Assembly: GCA_027080315.1 (NCBI GenBank)
Contig: JALWSI010000222.1
Span: forward strand, 1 to 39,292
Source of the DNA: a bacterium
GTDB lineage: Bacteria > Thermosulfidibacterota > Thermosulfidibacteria > Thermosulfidibacterales > JALWSI01
DNA: 39,292 nt
Reading direction: 5' to 3'
The notes beneath the pieces are model-generated. The model was not told where the DNA came from. It saw nothing but the letters and a program-made list of their open reading frames with translations, and did no database searches. Made by a program: the position numbers and the translations under genes. This document shows, one piece after another, positions 17,775-26,756 of the stretch. How positions within the stretch are numbered: position 1 is the first letter of the stretch; every line of letters starts with the position of its first letter.

Positions 17775-19563
17775 CTTGCTGGGGATCCTCTCCTTTAAGG
17801 TAGTAAGAGATAAGCCTGCCCACCAAGGGGGCGGCGCCTGAGCCACCGTGGCCACCGTGCTCAACAATGGCAGCTACTGCTATCCTGGGATCTTCAACAG
17901 GGGCAAAGGCGGCAAACCAAGCGTGATCCCTCATTTTGTAGGGGATCTCCTCTATCTTTGTGTGGGGAACCTTCTGGTGCACCACCTGGACCGTTCCCGT
18001 TTTGCCTGCCACATGGATACCCTCCACCTTAGCAAGATGGGCTGTGCCATGCTCCTCCTCCACAACCCCTTGCAACGCCTTTATTATCACCCTTAGAAAA
18101 CGCCTCTTCAAAGGAAGCTGCTTCTCAGGAAAGCTCTTGCGAGGAGAGAACAAGAGATGCGGGGTTACGGCCTTTCCCATCTCTCCCACCGTGGCCATGA
18201 GATGAGCGATCTGAAGAGGAGTAACAAGAAGATAGCCCTGCCCTATTCCCATGATGAGGTCCTCCCCGGGAAACCACACCATGCCCAGCCTCTTCTTCTT
18301 CCATTCACGGGAGGGCACCACACCCCTGTACTCGTGGGGCAGATCTATGCCCGTGCGAGCACCAAGGCCAAGAAGACGGGCATACTTGCCCATCTTGTCA
18401 ACAGTGAGCATCTCCCCCAGCTTGTAGAAGTAGATATCACAAGACTCAACAATGGCCCTGTGAAGGCGCACAATCCCGTGGCCACTACGCTTCCAGCATC
18501 GGTAACGACGGTTCTTGAAAATATAGACCCCCTTGCACACCTCAGGGGTTCTGGGAGTGATCACCCCTTCTTGAAGCCCCGCCAGCCCCACCACCACCTT
18601 GAAGATGGAACCTGGGGAGTAGAGGCCCTGGATGGCCCTGTTCTGTAAAGGATGGTTGGGATTGCGGATAAGCCTTCTCCACTCCCTGGGGTTTAGAGAC
18701 CTGGTGAAGAGGTTCGGGTCGTAGGCTGGGCTACTGGCCATTGCCAGAATCTCGCCGTTTCTGGGATCCATGGCCACAATAGCCCCCACCTTGCCTTTTA
18801 AGAGCTTTTCCGCCTCTCTCTGGAGTCTCACGTCTATTGTGAGACGGATATCCTTTCCGGGAATGGGCTTGGATCGGTTAACCATGCGAACCTTCTTGAG
18901 CCTTGCGTCAACCTCCCACTGCTCCCATCCCCCTATTCCCCTGAGAAGATCGTCGTACTGGCGTTCAATGCCAGTCTTACCAATCATGTCACCGCCCCAG
19001 AACCGCCCCTGTTGAAGCTCCTTTGAAGAGACCTCTCCCATGTATCCAATAACATGGGATGCCAAGGTGCCATTGGGATAGAACCTTCTCTCTTCAGGGG
19101 AGAGGATGATTCCCGGAAGCATCCACTCCCTCTCCGCCACCCGGGCAACCTCTCTCTCTGAGAGGTCTCTCTTAATCAGGCAAGCCACTGTAGGGTTTTT
19201 TCTGGCGTCCTCTATCCTCTCCTCAAGCTGCTCCCGAGAGATCCTTAAGAGCCTTTTCAACTCCTTCTTCAGATCATTCCACCCCTTCTTGGGAACATCG
19301 TCTGCCAGAAGATAGAGGTTGAAAGAGGGTTTGTTTATGGCCAAGGGAATCCCGTTTCTGTCCAATATCCGTCCCCTAACTGGACGCACCCTGTAAACCC
19401 TCACCCTGTTCTTCACTGAGAGCTTCAAGTATTTTTCGCCATTCACAATCTGAAGCCTCAGTAAGGCAAAGAGCAGAACGGTAAGAAGCACAACCAAAGC
19501 AAAGTAGAAGTAGGCTATTCTCCCTCTCAGCTCTTCCAGGAGGCGAAGGTCCCAAGAGGACAT
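17767..19563 (-). CDS. mrdA: Penicillin-binding protein 2 (elongasome transpeptidase)
   Basis: 598 aa with an N-terminal TM anchor. Transpeptidase motifs SPGSIFK (SxxK), a central SxN-type region and KTGT. It is followed by rodA, the conserved pairing. Confidence 0.93.
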   Translation of the reverse strand: MSSWDLRLLEELRGRIAYFYFALVVLLTVLLFALLRLQIVNGEKYLKLSVKNRVRVYRVRPVRGRILDRNGIPLAINKPSFNLYLLADDVPKKGWNDLKKELKRLLRISREQLEERIEDARKNPTVACLIKRDLSEREVARVAEREWMLPGIILSPEERRFYPNGTLASHVIGYMGEVSSKELQQGRFWGGDMIGKTGIERQYDDLLRGIGGWEQWEVDARLKKVRMVNRSKPIPGKDIRLTIDVRLQREAEKLLKGKVGAIVAMDPRNGEILAMASSPAYDPNLFTRSLNPREWRRLIRNPNHPLQNRAIQGLYSPGSIFKVVVGLAGLQEGVITPRTPEVCKGVYIFKNRRYRCWKRSGHGIVRLHRAIVESCDIYFYKLGEMLTVDKMGKYARLLGLGARTGIDLPHEYRGVVPSREWKKKRLGMVWFPGEDLIMGIGQGYLLVTPLQIAHLMATVGEMGKAVTPHLLFSPRKSFPEKQLPLKRRFLRVIIKALQGVVEEEHGTAHLAKVEGIHVAGKTGTVQVVHQKVPHTKIEEIPYKMRDHAWFAAFAPVEDPRIAVAAIVEHGGHGGSGAAPLVGRLISYYLKGEDPQQDE

Positions 19564-19564
19564 C

Positions 19565-21868
19565 TCAATCTTCCTTCAAGACCGCCAAGGTTGCCCCTGC
19601 TCCTCCTTCGGAGCCTGGAAGATCCTCTATGCGTGAGACCAAAGGATGCTCCTGCAAGGCCTCTCTCACAGCAGACTTCAGTATGCCCTGACCCACTCCG
19701 TGAACCACCCTTATGCTCTCTCTGCCAGCTAAGTAGGCGTCGTGGATCTGGCGATCAAGTAGAGCAAGGGCATCGTCAACCCTCTGACCTATCAAGTTTA
19801 TCTCGTAGGGAGGAGCCTTCACCTTTGCAGGGCGAAAGAGCACATCCTGAGGTGAGTCAGGAGCTTTGGAAGCATCTCCTTTGCGCACCAACTCAAGCTC
19901 CTCAATGGGCACCTCAATCAAGAATCCACCCGCCTCAACCCTGGCCTTTTTGGAGCTCAACCAGACCACCGGGCCCTCTTTGGATGTGCCCTTTATCTTC
20001 ACCACATCTCCAATCCTTATGGGTTGAGAGGTAAAAGAAATAGGCCTTCTCTTGCCTGTCTCTTTGACCCTATCAGCCACCTCACGCTGTAGCCTATCAA
20101 GCTTACGATGATCAGAGAGGCTGCGACGGGCTTCCCGAATCTCCTCCTTCAATTCAGTAAGGCGGCGGAGCTCCTCTTCCCATAGCCCCTCAATCTCTTC
20201 CCTTCTCTTTCTCAGCCTCTCTTCTTCTTGGGCGATACGCCGCCTCAGCCTCTCTTCATCCTTCTTCAACCGTTCCTGCTGGGATTTAACCCTCTTTATC
20301 TCTCTCTCAAGCTCCCTGATGAACCTGTCAGCCTCCTTCTCCCTCTTGCCCTTCCATCTCATGGCCTTCTCAATCACCCTTCTGGGCATCCCAAGCCTCT
20401 GAGCAATGGCAAAGGCGTTGCTACGACCGGGAACCCCTATCTCCAATCGGTAAAGAGGCTGCAGGGTCTCAACGTCAAAGGCCACAGAGGCATTCTCCAT
20501 CCCCCTTCTCATCCGGGCAAAGGCCTTGAGAGAGTCGTGGTGAGAGGTGACCATCACCCACACCCCCCTGCTGTGAAGCTCATCAATGATGGCCATGGCC
20601 AAGGGAGCCCCCTCTGCAGGGTCGGTGCCTGCGCCTATCTCATCAATCAGCACAAGCCCGGGAGGGGCCGCCTTCTCAACCATCTCTTTGATCCTGGAGA
20701 TATGGGCAGAGAAGGTGGAGAGATTCTGCTCAATGTTCTGTTCGTCTCCAATGTCAGACCATATGTTTGTGAAGATTTTGAACTGAGAGTCTTCGCTAAC
20801 AGGAACTGGCAGCCCGCTCTGCACCATGAGGGCAAGTAACCCAACGGTTTTGAGGGCCACGGTCTTCCCCCCAGTGTTGGGCCCTGTGATCACCAAGGTG
20901 GTGAACCCCTTGCCCAAAGTGAGGTCAAGGGGAACGGTTCTATCCTTTCCTTTCTGAAGCAGAAGCAGGGGATGATATCCCTTCTGAATGGAGAGTGCCC
21001 CCTTCTGAACCACCGCTGGAACATTGGCCTCCCACTTCAAGGCCCATCTCGCCTTGGCAAAGGTGAGATCAAGGTGTCCCAAAATCTGGCGGTTCTTCTT
21101 GAGAGAGCCCAGATGAGAACGGATCCTCTCCGCCGCACCCAAGAGTATCCTCTCAATCTCCCTCTTCTCTTCCCTCTCAAGAGAGACCAGCCGGTTGTTG
21201 AGATGAACCACTTGCTGGGGCTCAAGAAAGGCGGTCTCTCCTGAGGCAGAGTGGTCTTGAACCACCCCCCCAATACGGTGCACGCTGCCAGACTTCACGG
21301 GAATAACATAACGACCGTTCTTTATGGTTATGGAGCGATCCCTGAAGTGGGACTGGAGCTGGGGTTTAGCCAGCAGCCTCTGAAGAGAGCCCATTATCTC
21401 CCTTCTTGTGAGGTTCAACCTTGAGCGAACCTCCCATAAACCGGAAGAGGCCTCGTCCCTGATCTCTCCAGAGGAGTCAAAGATGGAGCGCAAGCTCTCC
21501 ATAAGCCCCTCAAGGGGACGCAGGCCCTTGATCCAGCCGGAGATAAGGGAGAAACGCTCCTTCTCCTGCCATCTGGTCTTTAAGGCCGTTAGCTCTTCCA
21601 AGAAGAGAAGCACCTCCCAGGCCCCTTGCTTGGGTATTGAGCTACCCTTGGGTCTCACCATCTCAAGGTAGGGAAGAATGTCTGGAACACCCTCCAAGGA
21701 GAAGGGCTCCCCCTCTTCTTGCAGGACAGCCGTGGCCTGGGAAACCTCCTGGAGGCGTCTCACTATCCAGGGATAAGAGGCCTTGGGACGCAGAGAGAGC
21801 AAGAGATCACGCCCTAAGGGCCACTGTGCAAAGGCAGAGACGCCCTCCAGCACCTTTTGAAACTCCAA
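19565..21868 (-). CDS. mutS2: Endonuclease MutS2 (MutS domain V ATPase plus C-terminal Smr)
   Basis: Walker A ITGPNTGGKT, a coiled-coil Lys/Glu region, and C-terminal Smr (INLIGQRVDDALALLDRQIHDAYLAGRESIRVVHGVGQG). The start is unresolved: TTG 21868 is used here; the track's GTG 22042 would overlap yqeY by 127 nt. Confidence 0.9.
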   Translation of the reverse strand: MEFQKVLEGVSAFAQWPLGRDLLLSLRPKASYPWIVRRLQEVSQATAVLQEEGEPFSLEGVPDILPYLEMVRPKGSSIPKQGAWEVLLFLEELTALKTRWQEKERFSLISGWIKGLRPLEGLMESLRSIFDSSGEIRDEASSGLWEVRSRLNLTRREIMGSLQRLLAKPQLQSHFRDRSITIKNGRYVIPVKSGSVHRIGGVVQDHSASGETAFLEPQQVVHLNNRLVSLEREEKREIERILLGAAERIRSHLGSLKKNRQILGHLDLTFAKARWALKWEANVPAVVQKGALSIQKGYHPLLLLQKGKDRTVPLDLTLGKGFTTLVITGPNTGGKTVALKTVGLLALMVQSGLPVPVSEDSQFKIFTNIWSDIGDEQNIEQNLSTFSAHISRIKEMVEKAAPPGLVLIDEIGAGTDPAEGAPLAMAIIDELHSRGVWVMVTSHHDSLKAFARMRRGMENASVAFDVETLQPLYRLEIGVPGRSNAFAIAQRLGMPRRVIEKAMRWKGKREKEADRFIRELEREIKRVKSQQERLKKDEERLRRRIAQEEERLRKRREEIEGLWEEELRRLTELKEEIREARRSLSDHRKLDRLQREVADRVKETGKRRPISFTSQPIRIGDVVKIKGTSKEGPVVWLSSKKARVEAGGFLIEVPIEELELVRKGDASKAPDSPQDVLFRPAKVKAPPYEINLIGQRVDDALALLDRQIHDAYLAGRESIRVVHGVGQGILKSAVREALQEHPLVSRIEDLPGSEGGAGATLAVLKED

Positions 21869-21915
21869 GTGCCTGAGGGTGTCCCTCTCGGCAACCTCTA
21901 ACCTGCTGGAATCTC

Positions 21916-22368
21916 CTATCCTACAGCCTCCAGAAGCTTTCTCACCAAGGCGTTCACCTCTTTGCCATCGGCTTTGCCCTTCACAGCAGGCATAACCTCC
22001 TTCATCACCTTTCCCATCTCTTTGGGAGAGGTTGCCCCGCACCTCTCTATGGCCTCTCTGATTATGGACTCAAGCTCCTCTTGGGAAAGCTGCTTGGGCA
22101 GATAGGCGCTTAGGATCTCAAGCTCACGCTCCTCCTTGGCGGCAAGCTCATCCCTCCCACCCTTCCTGTACTGCTCAATTGACTCTTTACGCTGTTTGGC
22201 AGCCTTCTGGATAATTGAGAGGATATCCCCCTCTTCCAGCTCTCCCCCTGCATCTATCTCCTTGTTCTTGATCTCAGACATGAGAAGCCTCAGGGTAGAG
22301 AGTTTCACCTTGTCCTTCTCCTTCATAGCCTGCTTAATATCCTGCTGAATCTGGTCCTTTAGCCCCAT
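21916..22368 (-). CDS. yqeY: GatB/YqeY-domain protein
   Basis: MGLKDQIQQDIKQAMKEKDKVKLSTLRLLMSEIKNKEID...KESIEQYRKGGRDELAAKEERELEILSAYLP is the YqeY pattern. ATG 22368 has AAGGAGG 6 nt upstream and is preferred over TTG 22374. Confidence 0.85.
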   Translation of the reverse strand: MGLKDQIQQDIKQAMKEKDKVKLSTLRLLMSEIKNKEIDAGGELEEGDILSIIQKAAKQRKESIEQYRKGGRDELAAKEERELEILSAYLPKQLSQEELESIIREAIERCGATSPKEMGKVMKEVMPAVKGKADGKEVNALVRKLLEAVG

Positions 22369-22459
22369 TCTCAACCTCCTTTGCCTTATTCCTCGCCCTC
22401 TCCCTATCTTTTACTCCCAAGTAGGTACTATTAAAAGTGCAGGCTTTTCATCTCTGCTA

Positions 22460-22489
22460 TTGACCTTCTGCTCTTCAGGTGTGTAGAAG
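22460..22489 (+). promoter_or_regulatory. Candidate sigma70-type promoter for csp
   Basis: TTGACC (22460-22465), 18-nt spacer, TAGAAG (22484-22489). This would give a leader of roughly 170 nt. Motif match only. Confidence 0.3.
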
Positions 22490-22668
22490 CCTTACCAGAT
22501 AGAGCCGAAATCCGGTTGGTTGCAGGGCTTGAGAAAGGAGGTTGAGGTTTAAGGCCTTGCGTATCGGCGAAACTCCTAATCTCCCGCTGCCCCGGTGGGG
22601 GAAGAGGAAGATGAAAGAAGGGGAAAGTAGAAAGGCCCGCGAAAGGGCAAATATAGCGGAGGCAAGTG

Positions 22669-22872
22669 ATGTCAAGAGGTACAGTGAAGTGGTTCAGCGA
22701 TCAGAAGGGGTATGGATTCATCACCCCTGAGGAAGGTGGAGAGGATCTTTTTGTGCACTACTCAAACATTGAAGGAGAAGGCTTCAAGACCCTGAGAGAA
22801 GGCCAAGAGGTTGAGTTTGAGGTGGCCCAGGGCCGTAAAGGGCTTGAGGCAATAAAGGTTAACGCCCTGTAA
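22669..22872 (+). CDS. csp: Cold-shock protein, CspA family
   Basis: [34 protein letters not shown] contains the RNP1 (KGYGFI) and RNP2 (VFVHY-like) motifs. GGAGG lies 6 nt upstream of ATG 22669. Confidence 0.95.
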   Translation: MSRGTVKWFSDQKGYGFITPEEGGEDLFVHYSNIEGEGFKTLREGQEVEFEVAQGRKGLEAIKVNAL

Positions 22873-22889
22873 GACAAAAAGGACAACAA

Positions 22890-22918
22890 AAAGGCCCCCT
22901 TGTGGGGCCTTTATTTTT
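22890..22918 (+). terminator. Rho-independent terminator downstream of csp
   Basis: 9-bp stem AAAGGCCCC / GGGGCCTTT with 5-nt loop CTTGT, followed by ATTTTT. Confidence 0.7.
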
Positions 22919-22950
22919 AGAGCACCTTGCAATTTTATTCAAAAGATCTC

Positions 22951-22980
22951 TTGACTTACCACCACTCTCTGGAACATAAG
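22951..22980 (+). promoter_or_regulatory. Candidate sigma70-type promoter for tRNA-Phe
   Basis: TTGACT (22951-22956), 18-nt spacer, CATAAG (22975-22980), about 14 nt before the mature tRNA 5' end. Motif match only. Confidence 0.35.
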
Positions 22981-22993
22981 GTGCTCTGTCACT

Positions 22994-23070
22994 GGCCGGG
23001 GTAGCTCAGTCGGTAGAGCAGTGGACTGAAAATCCACGTGTCCCCAGTTCAATTCTGGGCCCCGGCACCA
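22994..23070 (+). tRNA. tRNA-Phe (anticodon GAA), CCA encoded
   Basis: Manual cloverleaf: acceptor GGCCGGG/CCCGGCC, D-arm TAGCTCAGTCGGTAGAGCA, anticodon arm GTGGA-CTGAAAA-TCCAC, T-arm CCCAG-TTCAATT-CTGGG, then ACCA. Confidence 0.95.
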
Positions 23071-23074
23071 TTCC

Positions 23075-23935
23075 TCACTTCAATATGATCTTTAAGGCAG
23101 TAAAGAGCAGAAGCACTGCAAAGGCTCTGCGTAGTACTTCAACTTTCACCTTAGCAGTTAGCCTTGCCCCAACCTGGGCACCTAAAGCGCCCCCCAGAAC
23201 CAGACATATCCAAGATGGAAGGTGCACATAGCCCAAGGAATGGGCAGGAAAGAGATGCCCCGAGGTGGTGCCAAAGAGGATGTATCCCAAAGCCCCTGTG
23301 CCTGTGATGAAAGGGATAAGGGAGGCAGAGGTGCCAACCGCCATGGTCATAGGAAACTTCAAGACGATCACCATAAGAGGCACCGCCACCACCCCTCCCC
23401 CAATTCCAAAGAAGGAGGCAATGGCACCCACCATCACCCCCACAGGGAAGAGCACCACGGGCTTAGGGGTAGAGAGGTTATTCTCTTGGTTAGGCTTAAC
23501 TCCCACATTAAGCCCAATACGGGCAGCGGCATAAAATAGAAGCAGGGCAAAGGCCTTCTTCATAATCAAACCGTTCACATGGGTGGCAATGGTTGATCCA
23601 ATAAGGGCACCAAGCAATCCCCCTGCCGCAACGAAGGGAAACCCCTCTTTGTGAAAATGTCCCTTCTTTATGTGGGCCAAGGAGCTGGAGAGGGAGAGAA
23701 AGGTTGCTGCGGCCAGGCTGGTGCCCAAGGCCATGTGAACCGCCACCTCATGGGGAAACCCTATGGTGGGAAAGAGGTAGAAGAGGAGGGGAACCATGAT
23801 AACCCCCCCACCTATTCCTAAAAGGCCGGCCAGAAAGCCCGCCAGAAGCCCAGTGAAAAGAAGAAGCAGATAAGCAGCTATCTCTTTATCCTCCCACTGC
23901 ACCAGCCAGTTTGAAAATGGGGAGGTAAAGGGCAA
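23075..23935 (-). CDS. TauE/SafE-family (DUF81) anion exporter membrane protein
   Basis: Polytopic membrane protein with two Gly-rich repeats (GLLGIGGGVIMVPLL and SFFGIGGGVVAVPLM). The start is uncertain: TTG 23935 overlaps pilC by 50 nt; GTG 23902 is an alternative. Confidence 0.8.
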   Translation of the reverse strand: MPFTSPFSNWLVQWEDKEIAAYLLLLFTGLLAGFLAGLLGIGGGVIMVPLLFYLFPTIGFPHEVAVHMALGTSLAAATFLSLSSSLAHIKKGHFHKEGFPFVAAGGLLGALIGSTIATHVNGLIMKKAFALLLFYAAARIGLNVGVKPNQENNLSTPKPVVLFPVGVMVGAIASFFGIGGGVVAVPLMVIVLKFPMTMAVGTSASLIPFITGTGALGYILFGTTSGHLFPAHSLGYVHLPSWICLVLGGALGAQVGARLTAKVKVEVLRRAFAVLLLFTALKIILK

Positions 23936-25100
23936 TAACTATGGTGCCTATGAACCCCCCAATAAAGACCAGCATCAAGGGCTCAACCATTGAGGTCAAC
24001 GCCTCAACGGCAGCATCAACCTCGTCCTCAAAAAAGTCCGCAACCTTATCCATCATCTCATCAACAGCTCCAGTCTGCTCACCGGCAGCGAGCATCTCAA
24101 GCATCATGGGAGGGAAAACCCCAGAGACCTGAAGGCTCTTTGACAACAGCTCACCCTTTGCCACATCGTCTCTGGCCTTGAGAAGAGCATCGGCTATCAC
24201 CTTGTTACCAGAGGTGCCGGCGATTATGTCCAACGAATCAAGAATCGGAATACCGCTCTTCACCATTGTGGCAAGACTTCGGGAGATACGGGCCACTGCA
24301 ACCTTTCTCATGAGGGGCCCGATAATGAACACCCTGAGAGAGAGTCTGTCTATGAACTCCTTAATCTGATCCACCTTCAAGAGAAACTTCATGGCCACTC
24401 CGAAGGCCACAAGACCAATCAGCACATAGACATAAGAGGATCTGAGAAAGTTGCTCATATCAATAATGAACTTGGTTAAGGCAGGAAGCTCAACATGGGA
24501 CTGGTTAAAGATATCAACAAAGGTTGGCACAATCTTTATGAGCAAGAAGGCTGCTATACAGATGGCCATGACAATCACAAACAAGGGATAAACCATGGCC
24601 GTTATAACCTTACGCCTGAGGGCGAGTATCTTCTCAATAAAGATAAACCAGCGATTGAGCATGAGATCCAGATTACCAGTGGCCTCTCCTGCCTCAACCA
24701 TGCTTATGTAGAGTTTGCTAAAGGTCTCTGGATGACGCTTCAAAGCCTCTGAGAACTTACTGCCACCCTCAACATCCTCTCTTATCTCAGTAAGAATCTG
24801 GGCCAGCTTCTTGCTGGTCACCTGTTGAGCAAGGGTGTTTATTGCCGTAGGCAGAGGAATTCCTGCCCCTATCATGGCAGCAAGCTGTCTGGTGAAGACG
24901 GCAACATGTTTAATCCTAACCTTGGGCTTAAGAAAGGGAAGAGAGATCTCTTTCCTCAGTCCCTTCTCAACGGGTTTTATTGTGAGGGGATAGAGCCCCT
25001 GGCTTCTCAGCTTTCTCTCGGCCGCTTGAGGAGTAGGAGCATCAACCTCTCCTGAGACAACCTCCCCATCTACATCCCGGGCCTTATAGCTGAACTTCAA
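23886..25100 (-). CDS. pilC: Type IV pilus / type II secretion platform protein (PilC/GspF family)
   Basis: 404 aa. N-terminus MKFSYKARDVDGEVVSGEVDAPTPQAAERKLRSQGLYPLTI, two GspF repeats (FTRQLAAMIGAGIPL and ISRSLATMVKSGIPIL) and three TM segments. TTG start with AGGAGAG upstream. Confidence 0.88.
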   Translation of the reverse strand: MKFSYKARDVDGEVVSGEVDAPTPQAAERKLRSQGLYPLTIKPVEKGLRKEISLPFLKPKVRIKHVAVFTRQLAAMIGAGIPLPTAINTLAQQVTSKKLAQILTEIREDVEGGSKFSEALKRHPETFSKLYISMVEAGEATGNLDLMLNRWFIFIEKILALRRKVITAMVYPLFVIVMAICIAAFLLIKIVPTFVDIFNQSHVELPALTKFIIDMSNFLRSSYVYVLIGLVAFGVAMKFLLKVDQIKEFIDRLSLRVFIIGPLMRKVAVARISRSLATMVKSGIPILDSLDIIAGTSGNKVIADALLKARDDVAKGELLSKSLQVSGVFPPMMLEMLAAGEQTGAVDEMMDKVADFFEDEVDAAVEALTSMVEPLMLVFIGGFIGTIVIALYLPIFKLAGAVGG

Positions 25101-25110
25101 TCAATCTCTC

Positions 25111-26358
25111 CTAAATGTACTCTAAATGGACAGCCCCCCATGTTCCACAAGAGTCGCACCTGTCGTTCCACTGGTCCAGGACGGCACCGCATTCCTGGCA
25201 TTTGAACCTCTGAAGCAGCCCTTCGGTGCATCCCTTTGAATACATCTCCAAGGCGATCTTATCCTCTCCATTGGCCTCCCTGGCCTTGGCCCTCAATAGA
25301 TCCGCCATGGCAATGGGGGCATCAATGAGCCCTGCCGCCTTCACCGCCTCAGAGAACATTCCCAGTCTCAAATAGAGCATCACCAAAGGAATGCGAGACT
25401 GGGGGCTTTTGGTGTTGGCAGAGGCGAACTTCTGGAAGAAGTGGATGGCCTCTGCAGGGTGGTTCTCTTCTGCCACAAGCTCCATGAGCCTCTCTGCAAG
25501 CTCAAGAGCTTCAGGGTTCTCCATAAGCCCCTTCTGAAGCCTCTCCACCGCCTTTTTGGGCTCTACCAACTGGGAATAGGCCATGTAGGCAGGAACAAAC
25601 TTTGGGTACTTCTTGGTCAACTTAAGCATGGCTGCCGCATCCTTCTCTTCCAAGGCAACCTGATATAGCAACCCCGTTAACCTCTTCTCCTCTTTTTCAC
25701 GAAGGCTTTGGGGGGTCTCCTTCACCAGCCTCTCCTGAAAGGCTATAGCCCTGCTGCTCTCGTGTAATCCAAGATGAGCCTCCACAAGCAACCTCAACAC
25801 CACCGCCTTGGGAGCCTTTTTATCTTTGAGCAGGGGCTTAAGCTCATCTAAAGCCTTAGAGTAATCCCCCATGGCCAGAAGGGTTCGGGACATCTCTATG
25901 CCCAAGACAGGGTTCTGTCCACCAGCCTGCTTCAGCTTAGTGTTAAGCTGAAGAGCCTCTTTGAGACGTCCCTCTTCTCTCAATACTCTACTCATAAGGG
26001 CACCAGCCAGCACAAAGGAGGAGTCTTCCTTCAAGGCCTTCTTCAACAGCTCAAGGGCATCCTCCTTTCTACCCTCCCCATAAAGGGTCTCTGCTGCAGA
26101 ATAGAGAGACTCAACCAAGGAGCGGGTCTCTTCCCTCTTCTTCCACTTACGCCTCTCAACAAGGAAGCCAACCTCGCGTCCAAGGTTCATGAGGTAAGAG
26201 ACGAGAAAGCCCACAGTCATCAGCACAACAACTACCAGAACAAAGGGAACATCGTAGGCAATATGGTTGGTGAGTTTAACATGCACAGACTGTGGATTCA
26301 TCATAAGAACATAGATCACCAATGCCAAAGGTATGATTGACGCTAAAAGAAACCTCAT
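25111..26358 (-). CDS. LapA-like (two-TM DUF1049-type) N-terminus fused to a LapB/YciM-like TPR protein with a C-terminal rubredoxin-type zinc finger
   Basis: 415 aa. Residues 1-75 give two TM helices plus a basic stretch RRKWKKRE. TPR repeats follow. The C-terminus is CQECGAVLDQWNDRCDSCGTWG (CxxC...CxxC), as in LapB. Confidence 0.7.
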   Translation of the reverse strand: MRFLLASIIPLALVIYVLMMNPQSVHVKLTNHIAYDVPFVLVVVVLMTVGFLVSYLMNLGREVGFLVERRKWKKREETRSLVESLYSAAETLYGEGRKEDALELLKKALKEDSSFVLAGALMSRVLREEGRLKEALQLNTKLKQAGGQNPVLGIEMSRTLLAMGDYSKALDELKPLLKDKKAPKAVVLRLLVEAHLGLHESSRAIAFQERLVKETPQSLREKEEKRLTGLLYQVALEEKDAAAMLKLTKKYPKFVPAYMAYSQLVEPKKAVERLQKGLMENPEALELAERLMELVAEENHPAEAIHFFQKFASANTKSPQSRIPLVMLYLRLGMFSEAVKAAGLIDAPIAMADLLRAKAREANGEDKIALEMYSKGCTEGLLQRFKCQECGAVLDQWNDRCDSCGTWGAVHLEYI

Positions 26359-26756
26359 TCCTCCTCCTCCTTAGGCCAGAGCTTAGGCACGTCTCCCCAC
26401 AATCTATCCAGATCGTAGAGCCTTCGTTCTTCCTCTCTGAATACGTGTACAGCTATATCACCGTAATCCAGTAGAATCCACTTTGCAGTATCATAGCCCT
26501 CCATGCGCCACAGATGCCAACCCCTCTTTGAGAAGGCAATCTCAACCTCGTCTGCAATGGCCCGGGCCTGGGCGGTGCTGAAAGCGGTACATATCACAAA
26601 GGCGCCCACTATTGCACTGTACTCCCTTAGATCCAAGGCCACGATCTCTTCCCCCAACTTATCCTCCATGGCCCCAACGGCCACCTGCACCTTACTTAAA
26701 AGGCTATCTTTCTGCCCCACATCCTCTTCAAGAACGGTACAACCCATGCTCTCCAA
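26355..26756 (-). CDS. rsfS: Ribosome silencing factor RsfS (Iojap family)
   Basis: KLGEEIVALDLREYSAIVGAFVICTAFSTAQARAIADEV...WILLDYGDIAVHVFREEERRLYDLDRLW is the RsfS signature. The start is ambiguous (TTG 26756, ATG 26747 or GTG 26720). It follows nadD, as in many bacteria. Confidence 0.88.
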   Translation of the reverse strand: MESMGCTVLEEDVGQKDSLLSKVQVAVGAMEDKLGEEIVALDLREYSAIVGAFVICTAFSTAQARAIADEVEIAFSKRGWHLWRMEGYDTAKWILLDYGDIAVHVFREEERRLYDLDRLWGDVPKLWPKEEEE

